From Nitrospinaceae bacterium (GTDB lineage: Bacteria; Nitrospinota; Nitrospinia; Nitrospinales; Nitrospinaceae), in assembly GCA_965237905.1 (NCBI GenBank), contig OZ250172.1, forward strand, positions 1,472,001 through 1,536,000: a DNA stretch of 64,000 bases, read 5' to 3'. The first letter of the stretch is position 1, and every line of letters starts with the position of its first letter. The notes beneath the pieces were generated by a model. It was not told the origin of the DNA and made no database searches. It saw nothing but the letters and a program-made list of their open reading frames with translations. Of the stretch, positions 18,925 to 28,591 are shown in pieces. A program made the position numbers and the translations under genes.

Positions 18925-19437
18925 CTATTTTCCACAACACTTCTTAAATTTCTTACCACTGCCGCACGGGCAGGGATCGTTGCGGCCCACTTTGGGACCT
19001 TCGCGCACCACAGGTTGTTGGGGTTCCTCATGAACTTTCTTATGGATGGTGGATTGCTTTTCGCTGTAAGTCCATCGGCCGTTCTCTTTCAGGAATTTTG
19101 ACGATTCGCGGATGGAATGTTCTTCGTCATCCTCTTTATAAAATGCGGCGAAGGTCACCTCCCCTTCGTCATCCTGCAAACTCCCTTTTTTGGAACCCAA
19201 TATTTCCAGTTTGAGCCACTCCACGCCCTTGCCCCATTTTTCAAATGTCTTCCGGCTTTTCTCAGGACGTTCGCTGGAGTGCGTGGTTTGTATCAGGTAA
19301 TCCCAGTTTCTTAGCGTGTAAGCGGTGTAACGCGAGCGCATCAAATCTTCTGCGGTATCCGCATAGCCGGTGCCGCGAATCAAAGGACCGCAACAATCGG
19401 AATAAGGGGACTGCAACCCGCATGGGCAATCTTTCAT
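18925..19437 (-). CDS. ychJ: YchJ family protein with SEC-C motifs
   Basis: CPCG...[35 protein letters not shown]. Confidence 0.92.
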   Translation of the reverse strand: MKDCPCGLQSPYSDCCGPLIRGTGYADTAEDLMRSRYTAYTLRNWDYLIQTTHSSERPEKSRKTFEKWGKGVEWLKLEILGSKKGSLQDDEGEVTFAAFYKEDDEEHSIRESSKFLKENGRWTYSEKQSTIHKKVHEEPQQPVVREGPKVGRNDPCPCGSGKKFKKCCGK

Positions 19438-19592
19438 TTCTCATTCACCTTTTAAAATTTGCGACGCAGAACAGGAACCGTATTGAAACAGAAATCCAAA
19501 CAGACCTGATAAAGCCAACGCTCTTAATGTTCGCGTGGGAAGTATACAATCAAGCGAGGTTCCCGGGGAGAGAAAACGGACGTGACGAAACA

Positions 19593-20441
19593 TCAATCGA
19601 AGAAAAGACCGACCGCTTCATCCACCTGGTCGCGGACATAACCCTGGACCTCCGTTAAATAGGAACGGGTGAGTCCGGTCCGCTGGATAGCGGCCGGGTC
19701 CAGTACGGGTATGGTGGGCTCGCCTCCAGTCCCCAAATCCATTTCATAGGCAATGATATCGGCCAGGTGCACGATGGCTGGAAACAAGGGGTGGTCCTTT
19801 GCTTCGGAGGGACGATGGTGATACTGCACCGCTTCGACAAGACTTCTGGGAAGTCCCCATTTTGTAAATACGATGGCACCCACCTCGGCATGCGTAAAAC
19901 CCAGCACCTCCTCCTCCACAGTGGACAGCGGCAGACCCTCGGATTTGCACCGGGTGAGAATCTCCCGGGCTTTGTCAGGAATTTCCTTATAAAGGATCAG
20001 ACTGCCGATATCGTGAAGCATGCTGGCGGTGTAATACGGTTCCACATGTTTCTCCCCCATGTTTTGGGCAATGGTGCGTGCGGCCAAACCGCAACCGATG
20101 CTATGCATCCAAAAGGACTGCATGTTGACCAGGCCCTTATCGATCCCTTTAAACTGCTTGATCATGGTGGTGGCCAGAGCCAATTCTGATAACTGCTCGA
20201 TGCCGACAATTCCCAAAGCGTGGACAATGGTTTCCACTTTGGAACCTCGTCCGTAAAATGGGCTATTGGCCATTCGCAACAGGTGCGCGGCCAGACTGGG
20301 ATCGGCATTGATGATATTGCTGAAATCATCAAAGGACGCATCCGGGTCCTGCATGGCTTGATAAAGTTTATGGTAAACCGGAGGAGGCGAACCGATCCAA
20401 TCCGCTACCACATCATTAAAAATCTCACTTGTTTTATCCAT
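19593..20441 (-). CDS. HDOD domain protein
   Basis: DPSLAAHLLRMANSPFYG, FWMHS, LHDIG, HAEVG...WGLP...YHH. Confidence 0.92.
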   Translation of the reverse strand: MDKTSEIFNDVVADWIGSPPPVYHKLYQAMQDPDASFDDFSNIINADPSLAAHLLRMANSPFYGRGSKVETIVHALGIVGIEQLSELALATTMIKQFKGIDKGLVNMQSFWMHSIGCGLAARTIAQNMGEKHVEPYYTASMLHDIGSLILYKEIPDKAREILTRCKSEGLPLSTVEEEVLGFTHAEVGAIVFTKWGLPRSLVEAVQYHHRPSEAKDHPLFPAIVHLADIIAYEMDLGTGGEPTIPVLDPAAIQRTGLTRSYLTEVQGYVRDQVDEAVGLFFD

Positions 20442-20494
20442 ACCTCAAACAACTCCCAATTACCGTATACGATCAACCTCTAGCGGACCCGTCC

Positions 20495-21487
20495 TCAGGG
20501 AAGGGTCCGATGACGCAGGTAAATCGCAACGATCAATATCAATAACGCGACCACCCAAAACACAATATAGGTGGTCATGGATTGCCGGGCCTTTAGCTTC
20601 TCCAAACCGGTGCGCGGTTTGATGCCCCGGGCAAGAAACGTTACTTTTGCGGACAGGTTGACGCAGACCACGTTCACTGCCAGTAACAACGCCGCTCCCA
20701 TCGCTGATTCCATTTTTCCCGCGCCCAGCATCAGTCCCATGGTAGCGGTAGGGGGAAGCAGAGCGACTGCCACCATCACCCCAACCAGTACGCTGGGCAA
20801 TCCGGTGGACAAGGACAACACTGCCGCGGCACCGGAAGCCAGCGCCAGAGCAATCGAGTCCAACCCAACATCTGTCCGTGCCAGCAATTCCCGGCTGTCA
20901 AAATTGAGATGCCATAATTTTCCGATCAGTATGGAAAGCCCCAACGCTACGACGAAACCGACCGCTCCGGTCTTCAAGGATTTCCAGATCAGTTCTGTAT
21001 CCCCAAGAGCGGTAGCCAGAGCAAGAGCAATATTAGGTCCCAGCAAAGGAGCGATCACCATGGCGCCGATCACCACCGTCACATTATCTTCCAACAGGCC
21101 GATCGCCACGACGATGGTCGACAGCACCACCAGGATCACATAAGTGCTGTTCAACCGCGCATTTTTTTCTATGTTGCTATAGAGTTCCTCGCGTGTTGTG
21201 GATCCGGACTTCTCCATCTTCGAGTTTTTGTCCCCGTTGGTTTCCACACGGGGCAAAACCGCTTCCACGGCGGAAACGACGATCTTGGCTTTGGCACTGT
21301 TGCCCAACGCGCCCTGGAGTGCATCCAAAACCTCCTGCCTTTGCCCGTCTCCGACGATCAAACGGATCACCCGGCGGCCATCTTCCCCTTTTGGCCCCAG
21401 CCAGCAATCCTGCACTTCATGCTGGTCGGCAATGGTGGTGATGATGTCCTGATAGCTGACGTCGGCAATGACTTCAATAATTTTCAT
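20495..21487 (-). CDS. TIGR00341 / DUF389 family membrane protein
   Basis: VVIGAMVIAPLLGP, LVGVMVAVALLPP; start set at MKIIEV. Confidence 0.88.
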   Translation of the reverse strand: MKIIEVIADVSYQDIITTIADQHEVQDCWLGPKGEDGRRVIRLIVGDGQRQEVLDALQGALGNSAKAKIVVSAVEAVLPRVETNGDKNSKMEKSGSTTREELYSNIEKNARLNSTYVILVVLSTIVVAIGLLEDNVTVVIGAMVIAPLLGPNIALALATALGDTELIWKSLKTGAVGFVVALGLSILIGKLWHLNFDSRELLARTDVGLDSIALALASGAAAVLSLSTGLPSVLVGVMVAVALLPPTATMGLMLGAGKMESAMGAALLLAVNVVCVNLSAKVTFLARGIKPRTGLEKLKARQSMTTYIVFWVVALLILIVAIYLRHRTLP

Positions 21488-21750
21488 AGGAGACTTAGCA
21501 GTTTGAGCAGGTTGTAAAAATGGATAGACCGCTGAATGGCACCGACCTTGATCCCCAAACAATACGAATATAAATATTGTAAGGAGGGTCGGGGTAAATT
21601 AAAAGGATGAATTTAAGCATGTATCTCTTTTTGTTTATATTACAGCACCTGATTTTCTTCCTGTTTGCTTCAATTTGCCTTATCCTGATAAAGATATCCT
21701 TCCCGCCGTGCAGACATTCACGGCTAATCCAATTTTAACTTCTACCATTC

Positions 21751-23256
21751 ATGCCCTTGAAATCACAATACAGCCTCCTCGCCCGGATTTTGGTTTACTG
21801 CTACGCGATCAACGCCTTTGCCTATGCCGGCTCCGATTTTGACCTGTGGGGCCATATCAAGTTCGGCGAAGATATCTGGCAAACGGGAGCGGTGCCTAAA
21901 ACCGATCCTTACAATTATGTTTTTCCAAACCACGCATGGTTCAATCATGAATGGTTGACGGAAGTCCTGTTTTACCTGCTGTACAAATTTTTTGGGTCCA
22001 CCGGCATCCTGATCTTCAAACTGGGACTCGGCTTGACCATCATACATTTGCTTTCCCAGTTATATTTTGAGCGCTCCAAAAATATTCCCGTGTACTGCCT
22101 CTTTTTCGTCTTGTGGACACATGTTATCGCTACCGGTTTTGCCAGCCGGCCTCACTTGATGACCTTCCTGTTCCTCACGGTTCTGCTGGTGATTCTGTAC
22201 CGCTACTCAGAAGGCAAACGGCAGGCGATCTGGTGGGTGCCTCCCTTGATGGCGCTCTGGGTGAATTGCCACGGCGGCTTTGTGGCGGGATTCGGAATTT
22301 TCGGGATGTTTGTTTTTATCGAGTCGATCACTCGCATTCGGGAGCGGGGAAAACCGGACACCATTTTATTGTATTCTCTGGGAATTTCATTTCTCGCGCT
22401 TTTGGTCAATCCATACGGCTACCACTTGTTAACATTTCTTCTGGAAACCATTCCCCGTGAACGGCAGGTGCAGGAGTGGTGGCCCATCCCCTTATGGAGC
22501 ACACAATTCATCCATTATAAAATTCTGGCGCTTCTGTTCTTAGCATCCCTGTTTTCTCCGGCGCGCAAACGACCCTGGGAGTTGGCGATTATCGCTTTCA
22601 GTGTGTTTTACGGATTCAAACACCAGCGGCATTCGGTCCTGGCCGTTATCGTCATGGCACCGATGGCGGCCGCCTGCTTCGCCCAGTTGATGGAGTCCTG
22701 GACCGCTTCCCACAAAAGCCGGACCTGGCCGCGCTGGGTCCATGTGGGGGTTCTGGTATCCATGGGCTTGTTCGCGGGTTTCCAACTGAGCCATAATTTT
22801 TTAAAATGGCAGAGATACGGGTTTCAGATCCACGTCGACCCGGCTACCAACCCGGTATACGCGGTTCGGTTTCTTCAAGAGAACGGGGTGAACGGCAATA
22901 TCCTGACCACTTCGGACTGGGGGGAATATGTGATTTGGAAATTGCCGGAGTCGAAGATATCCGTGGATGGCCGTTACTGGACGGTGTATCCACCGGATTC
23001 CATTATTCAGAATATGGTCTTTCAAGCCGGTTGGGAGGGATGGAAGTATTATCTGGACCTCTATCCACACGAAATCATTTTAACGATTCTGAGAAACCAG
23101 GCCCTAGAATCCCACGAGGGATGGGTAAAAATTTATCAGGATCATAATTCGCGGATTTTTGTGCGCAATACCGATCCACCGCACCCGGCTCACAAAAAAT
23201 TTGTCGACCGCACGTTGATATACAACAACAGCCCGCCCTCGCGGGTGTTCCCTTAA
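21751..23256 (+). CDS. Multi-TM putative GT-C glycosyltransferase
   Basis: DFDLWGHIKFG...DPY...WFNHEWL, RPHL, LWVNCHGGF, NPYG, periplasmic WGEY...VDGR. Confidence 0.7.
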   Translation: MPLKSQYSLLARILVYCYAINAFAYAGSDFDLWGHIKFGEDIWQTGAVPKTDPYNYVFPNHAWFNHEWLTEVLFYLLYKFFGSTGILIFKLGLGLTIIHLLSQLYFERSKNIPVYCLFFVLWTHVIATGFASRPHLMTFLFLTVLLVILYRYSEGKRQAIWWVPPLMALWVNCHGGFVAGFGIFGMFVFIESITRIRERGKPDTILLYSLGISFLALLVNPYGYHLLTFLLETIPRERQVQEWWPIPLWSTQFIHYKILALLFLASLFSPARKRPWELAIIAFSVFYGFKHQRHSVLAVIVMAPMAAACFAQLMESWTASHKSRTWPRWVHVGVLVSMGLFAGFQLSHNFLKWQRYGFQIHVDPATNPVYAVRFLQENGVNGNILTTSDWGEYVIWKLPESKISVDGRYWTVYPPDSIIQNMVFQAGWEGWKYYLDLYPHEIILTILRNQALESHEGWVKIYQDHNSRIFVRNTDPPHPAHKKFVDRTLIYNNSPPSRVFP

Positions 23257-23265
23257 TCCAAGCGC

Positions 23266-24141
23266 TTACGGCGGGCCGATCCAGGTTCTCCAATCATCGC
23301 CGATCATGCCCTTGTTCCGGTAACGTTGCAGGGCCTCCTTGCAATGGCAGGCGCGCTCCCGGTCTTTTAACAGGGTCAGGCTGGCGGCGAGGATGGCAGG
23401 GAACTGCAGAACGGATTTTTCGACGGCGGATTTCTCCTGATCCGTTTGCATCCCTTCAAATAATTGGCCGGTTTTGAATTCCCGATCGGTTACTCCCTCC
23501 GCGTAATTGGTCAGGTAGCACACCGGCGCATAGCACATCTCCAACTCCCGCGCGAGAAAAGTTTCCGGCACGAGAGTCATTCCCACCAGATCAGCTCCGA
23601 TGATTCGAAATTTTTTAATCTCCGCGGGTGACTCCAGACGCGGTCCTTCCGTGCACACATACACGCCTTCTTCATGATGGGGAATGCCGGAATGGTGAAC
23701 CGCATCGTGCAGAACTTCCCGCACTTCCGGACAGAACGGATGGCTTTGCCGGATGAAACCAACGCCGCTATTCTTGAAGAAGGTGGATTCCCGGTTGCGG
23801 GTTTCGTCGATGATGTCGTGGGGAACAACAAAGTCGCCCGGCTTGAACGCGGTGTTGATGATGCCGGGCCCCGACCAGGAGATAATGCGTTCCACTCCGC
23901 ATTCCTTGAGTGCGTAAATATTGGCGCGGTAATTGACGAAGGGCGCGGTGATCGAATAATCGGTTTCGCCGTGGCGGGACAAAAATAGAAAGCCGATGTC
24001 TCCTGCTTTCAATCGGTGAATGGGGGCACTGGGTCCGAAGGGAGTGTCGAGGGTCTGGCATTCGGTCTCTTCACCCAGGCGGTTCTGGGTCAGCAAATGG
24101 TAGGCTCCGCTTCCTCCGATGACGGCCAGACGTTCTTTCAT
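23266..24141 (-). CDS. mtnP: MTAP-family purine nucleoside phosphorylase
   Basis: IGGSG, TPFG, LSRHG, NYRANIYAL, EGPRLESPAE, VGMT.VPE. Confidence 0.88.
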   Translation of the reverse strand: MKERLAVIGGSGAYHLLTQNRLGEETECQTLDTPFGPSAPIHRLKAGDIGFLFLSRHGETDYSITAPFVNYRANIYALKECGVERIISWSGPGIINTAFKPGDFVVPHDIIDETRNRESTFFKNSGVGFIRQSHPFCPEVREVLHDAVHHSGIPHHEEGVYVCTEGPRLESPAEIKKFRIIGADLVGMTLVPETFLARELEMCYAPVCYLTNYAEGVTDREFKTGQLFEGMQTDQEKSAVEKSVLQFPAILAASLTLLKDRERACHCKEALQRYRNKGMIGDDWRTWIGPP

Positions 24142-24154
24142 AACATGAAGGGGA

Positions 24155-24661
24155 TTAATCCAGGTAAGTTTCGATATCGCCGACATAATGCGCGGCGGAT
24201 TCGCGGATGCTTCGGGCTTCCGCATCGGTGAGCGGCCGTTTAACCTTGGCAGGCGACCCCATCGCCAAACTGCCCGGCGGAATTTTCGTGCCCGGCGTTA
24301 CCAGGGAGCCGGCGCCTACGATAGAGTTCTCTCCCACTTCGGCGTCATCCATCACTACGGCCCCCATGCCGATCAGGCACCGGTTGCCGATGGTGCAGGC
24401 GTGCAGGGTGACATTATGACCGACGGTCACTTCGTCACCGATCATCAACGGCAACGTCCGGCGCGCAACGTGCAAAACGCATCCATCCTGGATGTTGGTC
24501 CGCTTGCCGATACGAACGTAATTGACGTCGCCCCGGATGACCGCGTTGAACCAAACACTGCTTTCTTCGCCAATGACCACGTCGCCGATCACCTGCGCGC
24601 TTTCGGTCACCCAGGCGGAGGAATGAATTTGAGGTGTTGTGTCTTTAAATGGATGGATCAT
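24155..24661 (-). CDS. Gamma-class carbonic anhydrase family protein (YrdA/PaaY-like)
   Basis: Hexapeptide repeats; RGD, NIQD...H, GH...H. Confidence 0.93.
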   Translation of the reverse strand: MIHPFKDTTPQIHSSAWVTESAQVIGDVVIGEESSVWFNAVIRGDVNYVRIGKRTNIQDGCVLHVARRTLPLMIGDEVTVGHNVTLHACTIGNRCLIGMGAVVMDDAEVGENSIVGAGSLVTPGTKIPPGSLAMGSPAKVKRPLTDAEARSIRESAAHYVGDIETYLD

Positions 24662-24851
24662 TCTGGTTTGCTTACTCCTGATTAGAAAACGGTTTTCTCA
24701 GGCCATTTTGCTACAGGGACCGGATACGAAAGCCCAGCTTTCAATTGCAATTTGGGTAGTATACCCTTAATCTTAAATGGAGGATATTATAATGCTTATG
24801 CATAGTTTTTGGCGTTAATTTTTTGGAAAACTTCATCCCCTTTAAGGCCAC

Positions 24852-26741
24852 ATGGCTGCCGACCCTGCCTCCATTCCCGATCACAAATTAACACCTGATC
24901 CCTTCCAAAATTTTAAAATCGACCGATGGGGTCCCATCATACTTTTACTGGCATTACTGGTAATGGCTGCGATCAGTTGGGGAAAGTGGCTGGATATTCT
25001 CGTGGATTTTGGCCTGCAGGTTTATACTCCCTGGCAGTTATCCCAGGGGCAAGTCCTATACAAGGATATTGTCTACATTCACGGCCCTCTATCGGCCTAC
25101 ATACACAGTTTGTTGTTTATGGTGTTTGGGCCTGGAATTTCCGTACTCGCTTGGTTTAATACCGGCCTGATCATCATCCTGACGGTCATCATTCGCCATC
25201 TTTTTTGCAATCTATACGATCCTCTAACCGGATTTCTTGCCGCGTTATCTTTTGTCGTGGTCTTTGCTTTTGGAAATTATCTCCATGTGAGCAATTACAA
25301 TTTCGTTTGCGCTTACGAATACACCTTGCCTCACGCAGTTTTTCTGAGTTTTGTGGCCATCTATCAATTCGTCAACTACCTCAGAAACCCTCTATCCCGC
25401 ACGCTATTTTGGATCGGCTTACTTTCCGGTTTAATCCTTTTGACAAAGCCCGAGGTATTTTTAGCGGAGATAACCGCTATCGGAACAGGCCTCCTGCTGC
25501 CCTTTCAACTCCAGGAAACGTCTTTGAAAAACAAGCTGCATAAAATTTTAATTTTCTTTTCAGCTTTTTTCATTCCCTATCTGGTATTTGTATTTTACTT
25601 CTCATTTCACATGCCGATAGCACAAGCCCTAGAGAGTCCTTTCACCCATTTGACGTACATCTTTAATTCTGGGATCAAAGCATTGCCCTTCTACCAGGCG
25701 GTCACGGGTACCGGGTTTTTCTGGGAAAACATGCGTAATCTGTTCATCGTTTTAGGGAGCTACCTGTTTATTTACATAGCCCTGATATTTCTCAACAAAG
25801 GGATAGTGATCCGTTATGGAAATACCCGGATATCCTATTGGATTTGTTTTGCAGGTTTTTTAACTCTTTTGATTATTTTCAAGAATGATATTTTTTGGTT
25901 GGATATGATGCGTCCTCTTCCCCTGATTCTAATCGTGTACATAGGAATTTTTATTTACCGGTGGTTTTCTCATTCTCAAACCCCGCAAGATAAAAGGCGG
26001 CAGATATCCATTTTTGTATTGTCTCTATTTTCACTGGTGTTATTGCTAAAAATTTCTTTAAAAGTACATGTCCCGCATTACGGATTTGCTCTGGCTCTAC
26101 CCGGATTCCTTATTTTCGCTGCGCTTTTGATTCATGAGTTACCTCTGGTTTTCAAAAAATTTCAGGGGTCCGCGCTGGTACCTTCAGCATTTGGACTGGC
26201 CCTTCTGCTGGCTCACACGGGTGTTATGGGATGGCTCTCTTTCAACATGTACCAAATGAAGGATTTCCCTGTCGGCAAGGGGAGAGACCGGGTTTATGAT
26301 TTTCCCCCTCACCGTGCGGGAACACCTGCGGAACCGTACATGCGCGGAATTATATTCAACTCTGCCCTTGAGTGGATTGATCAGCAACTGGGTCCAGACG
26401 AAGAATTTGTTACTTTTCCCGCAGCGCCCATGCTGAATTACATGTCACGGAGAAGGAGCCCCATCATAACGGGACTTTTTAATCCGGGTGTTTTGCTGCT
26501 GACCGGAGAAAGTCTCATACTCAATTCCCTGAAGGAAAAGTCTCCCGATTATATTGTGCTGGTAGACCAGGATTTTGCTCATCTGGGTGCGCGCTTTTTC
26601 GGAAGAGATTATGCCCAAGCCACCTTCAAATGGATCATTCAAAATTATAAAGTTGCATTACAGATTGGGGCAAAACCGCTTTCCGATCAGGGTTTTGGTA
26701 TTCAAATTCTAAAAAGACAATCACCTCATTCGGATGAATGA
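24852..26741 (+). CDS. GT-C (ArnT/PMT-like) glycosyltransferase, paralog 1 of 3
   Basis: DILVDFG..Y.PW.LSQGQVLYKDI.Y.HGPL, LTKPE, many TM helices. Confidence 0.72.
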   Translation: MAADPASIPDHKLTPDPFQNFKIDRWGPIILLLALLVMAAISWGKWLDILVDFGLQVYTPWQLSQGQVLYKDIVYIHGPLSAYIHSLLFMVFGPGISVLAWFNTGLIIILTVIIRHLFCNLYDPLTGFLAALSFVVVFAFGNYLHVSNYNFVCAYEYTLPHAVFLSFVAIYQFVNYLRNPLSRTLFWIGLLSGLILLTKPEVFLAEITAIGTGLLLPFQLQETSLKNKLHKILIFFSAFFIPYLVFVFYFSFHMPIAQALESPFTHLTYIFNSGIKALPFYQAVTGTGFFWENMRNLFIVLGSYLFIYIALIFLNKGIVIRYGNTRISYWICFAGFLTLLIIFKNDIFWLDMMRPLPLILIVYIGIFIYRWFSHSQTPQDKRRQISIFVLSLFSLVLLLKISLKVHVPHYGFALALPGFLIFAALLIHELPLVFKKFQGSALVPSAFGLALLLAHTGVMGWLSFNMYQMKDFPVGKGRDRVYDFPPHRAGTPAEPYMRGIIFNSALEWIDQQLGPDEEFVTFPAAPMLNYMSRRRSPIITGLFNPGVLLLTGESLILNSLKEKSPDYIVLVDQDFAHLGARFFGRDYAQATFKWIIQNYKVALQIGAKPLSDQGFGIQILKRQSPHSDE

Positions 26742-28591
26742 ACGAGATGAATCAAAATCAACTCCTGACCCGTCTAAAGAACAGGCTACAAATAATCTCT
26801 TGGGAACCCTGGCTGTTGGTTGCTTCAGGGGTGCTTATGGCCGTCATCAGTTGGCAAAAATGGCAGGATTTGATCGTCGATTTCGGGCAACAAGTGTACG
26901 TTCCCTGGCAATTGTCCGAAGGCCAGGTTTTATATCGTGATATTTTTTATATATACGGCCCACTATCGGCCTATGTGCATGCTTTATTATTCAAGATATT
27001 CGGCCCGGGTATTCTTGTTATCGCCTGGTTTAATATCGGACTGATCGTTGGCTTGACGATTATTCTGTATCAGTTATTTCGGGATCTTTCAGACGCAAGA
27101 ACAGCAAACTTTATCTGCCTGACCTTTCTGGGTGTATTTGCTTTTGGCCAATACAAACTCGGCGGTAATTACAATTTTGTCTGTGCCTATGTCTATGAAC
27201 TGTCACATGGCGTTTTCCTCAGCTTCCTGGCCCTTCTTCAATTCAAAAAATATCTGGACCGCCCCGCCCCTAAAAACCTGGGGATACTGGGCCTGCTGAC
27301 AGGACTGGTGTTCCTGACCAAACCCGAAGTGTTTTTGGCGTTGTCAGTCTCCCTTGCCGCGGGATTGGGTTTGACGTGGTATTTCAAAATAAAAACCGTC
27401 GACCGCAAATCCCTGGCTTTATTTTTGGGAGGCCTTATGTTGCCGGGCCTGGTATTCATCGTCTATTTCAGTTTTCATATGCCGGTAGCGGAATCTGTGA
27501 AATCTATTGTCGGCCCTTACCTCTTTCTTTTAAATTCCGATTTACGTGCTCTACCTCTTTATAAATGGATCATGGGAATCAATGATCCATGGACCAATCT
27601 ATCTAAAATGCTTTTATACTTCCTGGTATTCAGCCTTTCTCTCTTCCTGATTTACCTGGTGAACCGGGCTTTGAACAAAAGCATTCAAAAATATTTATTA
27701 GGGTTCAGCGTGACCGCGTGCCTGTTAATTGCCTATGCAATCCTTTCCATTCCCAATGTCCCCTGGCTATCTCTCGGACGCCCTTTGCCACTAATGATGA
27801 TGGTATTAGGAACTTTTCTTTTAATTCGAATTTTCAGGAACCGATCCGAACCCTTGCCGCAGACCTTGGGGCAATTCGTACTGGTGGTATTTGCTCTGGT
27901 TCTTCTTCTGAAAATATTTTTAAACGCACATATTTATCATTATGGATTTGCGTTAGCTTTACCGGGAACGTTAATCCTGGTGGCCTTTCTGGTTTATGAA
28001 CTGCCCTTGCGCCTTCAACCGCTTCTGGGCTCGTCACGGTTTTACCGATCTATCATGATGACTCTGGTACTTGTATTTGTGGGTTACCATGCCTGGTTCA
28101 CCAGCCGGATATATGAATTAAAGAATTATCCAGTCAGCGAAGGCCGGGACTTGGTTATCGACTACAACCGGGATTTTAATAGCCGGGGAGAAGTCATGAA
28201 TCTGGCATTGAACTATATAGATAAAAATTTCCAACCCGAAGCTGGGTTTGCCACTTTCCCCGACGGGATCATGCTGAATTATCTGGCGCGCAGGAAAAAC
28301 CCCATTGCGGATATCACTTTAAATCCCGGCGTCTGGGTCCTGGTTGGGGACAAAGCGGTACTCGAGCGATTGGAAAAAGCTTCTCCGCCTTACATTGTTT
28401 ATATTGATCGGGAGTTTCCCTATTTCGGCTACAACCATTTTGGCAAGGACTTCGCGCAAAAAATCCATGCCTGGATTCAAACCCACTATTCCATCCAGGC
28501 TCAAATCGGCGCCACCCCCTTCACCGACAAAGGATTTGGAATTCAAATCCTAAAGCGAAATACCATTCGAAAGGACCCCAGTAATGCCTGA
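26738..28591 (+). CDS. GT-C glycosyltransferase, paralog 2 of 3
   Basis: DLIVDFGQQVYVPWQLSEGQVLYRDIFYIYGPL, LTKPE, HYGFALALP. Confidence 0.72.
   Translation: MNEMNQNQLLTRLKNRLQIISWEPWLLVASGVLMAVISWQKWQDLIVDFGQQVYVPWQLSEGQVLYRDIFYIYGPLSAYVHALLFKIFGPGILVIAWFNIGLIVGLTIILYQLFRDLSDARTANFICLTFLGVFAFGQYKLGGNYNFVCAYVYELSHGVFLSFLALLQFKKYLDRPAPKNLGILGLLTGLVFLTKPEVFLALSVSLAAGLGLTWYFKIKTVDRKSLALFLGGLMLPGLVFIVYFSFHMPVAESVKSIVGPYLFLLNSDLRALPLYKWIMGINDPWTNLSKMLLYFLVFSLSLFLIYLVNRALNKSIQKYLLGFSVTACLLIAYAILSIPNVPWLSLGRPLPLMMMVLGTFLLIRIFRNRSEPLPQTLGQFVLVVFALVLLLKIFLNAHIYHYGFALALPGTLILVAFLVYELPLRLQPLLGSSRFYRSIMMTLVLVFVGYHAWFTSRIYELKNYPVSEGRDLVIDYNRDFNSRGEVMNLALNYIDKNFQPEAGFATFPDGIMLNYLARRKNPIADITLNPGVWVLVGDKAVLERLEKASPPYIVYIDREFPYFGYNHFGKDFAQKIHAWIQTHYSIQAQIGATPFTDKGFGIQILKRNTIRKDPSNA

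Noticed and set aside
21537..21552. Sigma54-like TGGCACCGACCTTGAT (also weak matches near 10520-10536, 11384 and 18303)
   Set aside because: The invariant -12 GC is missing, so these are too weak to call
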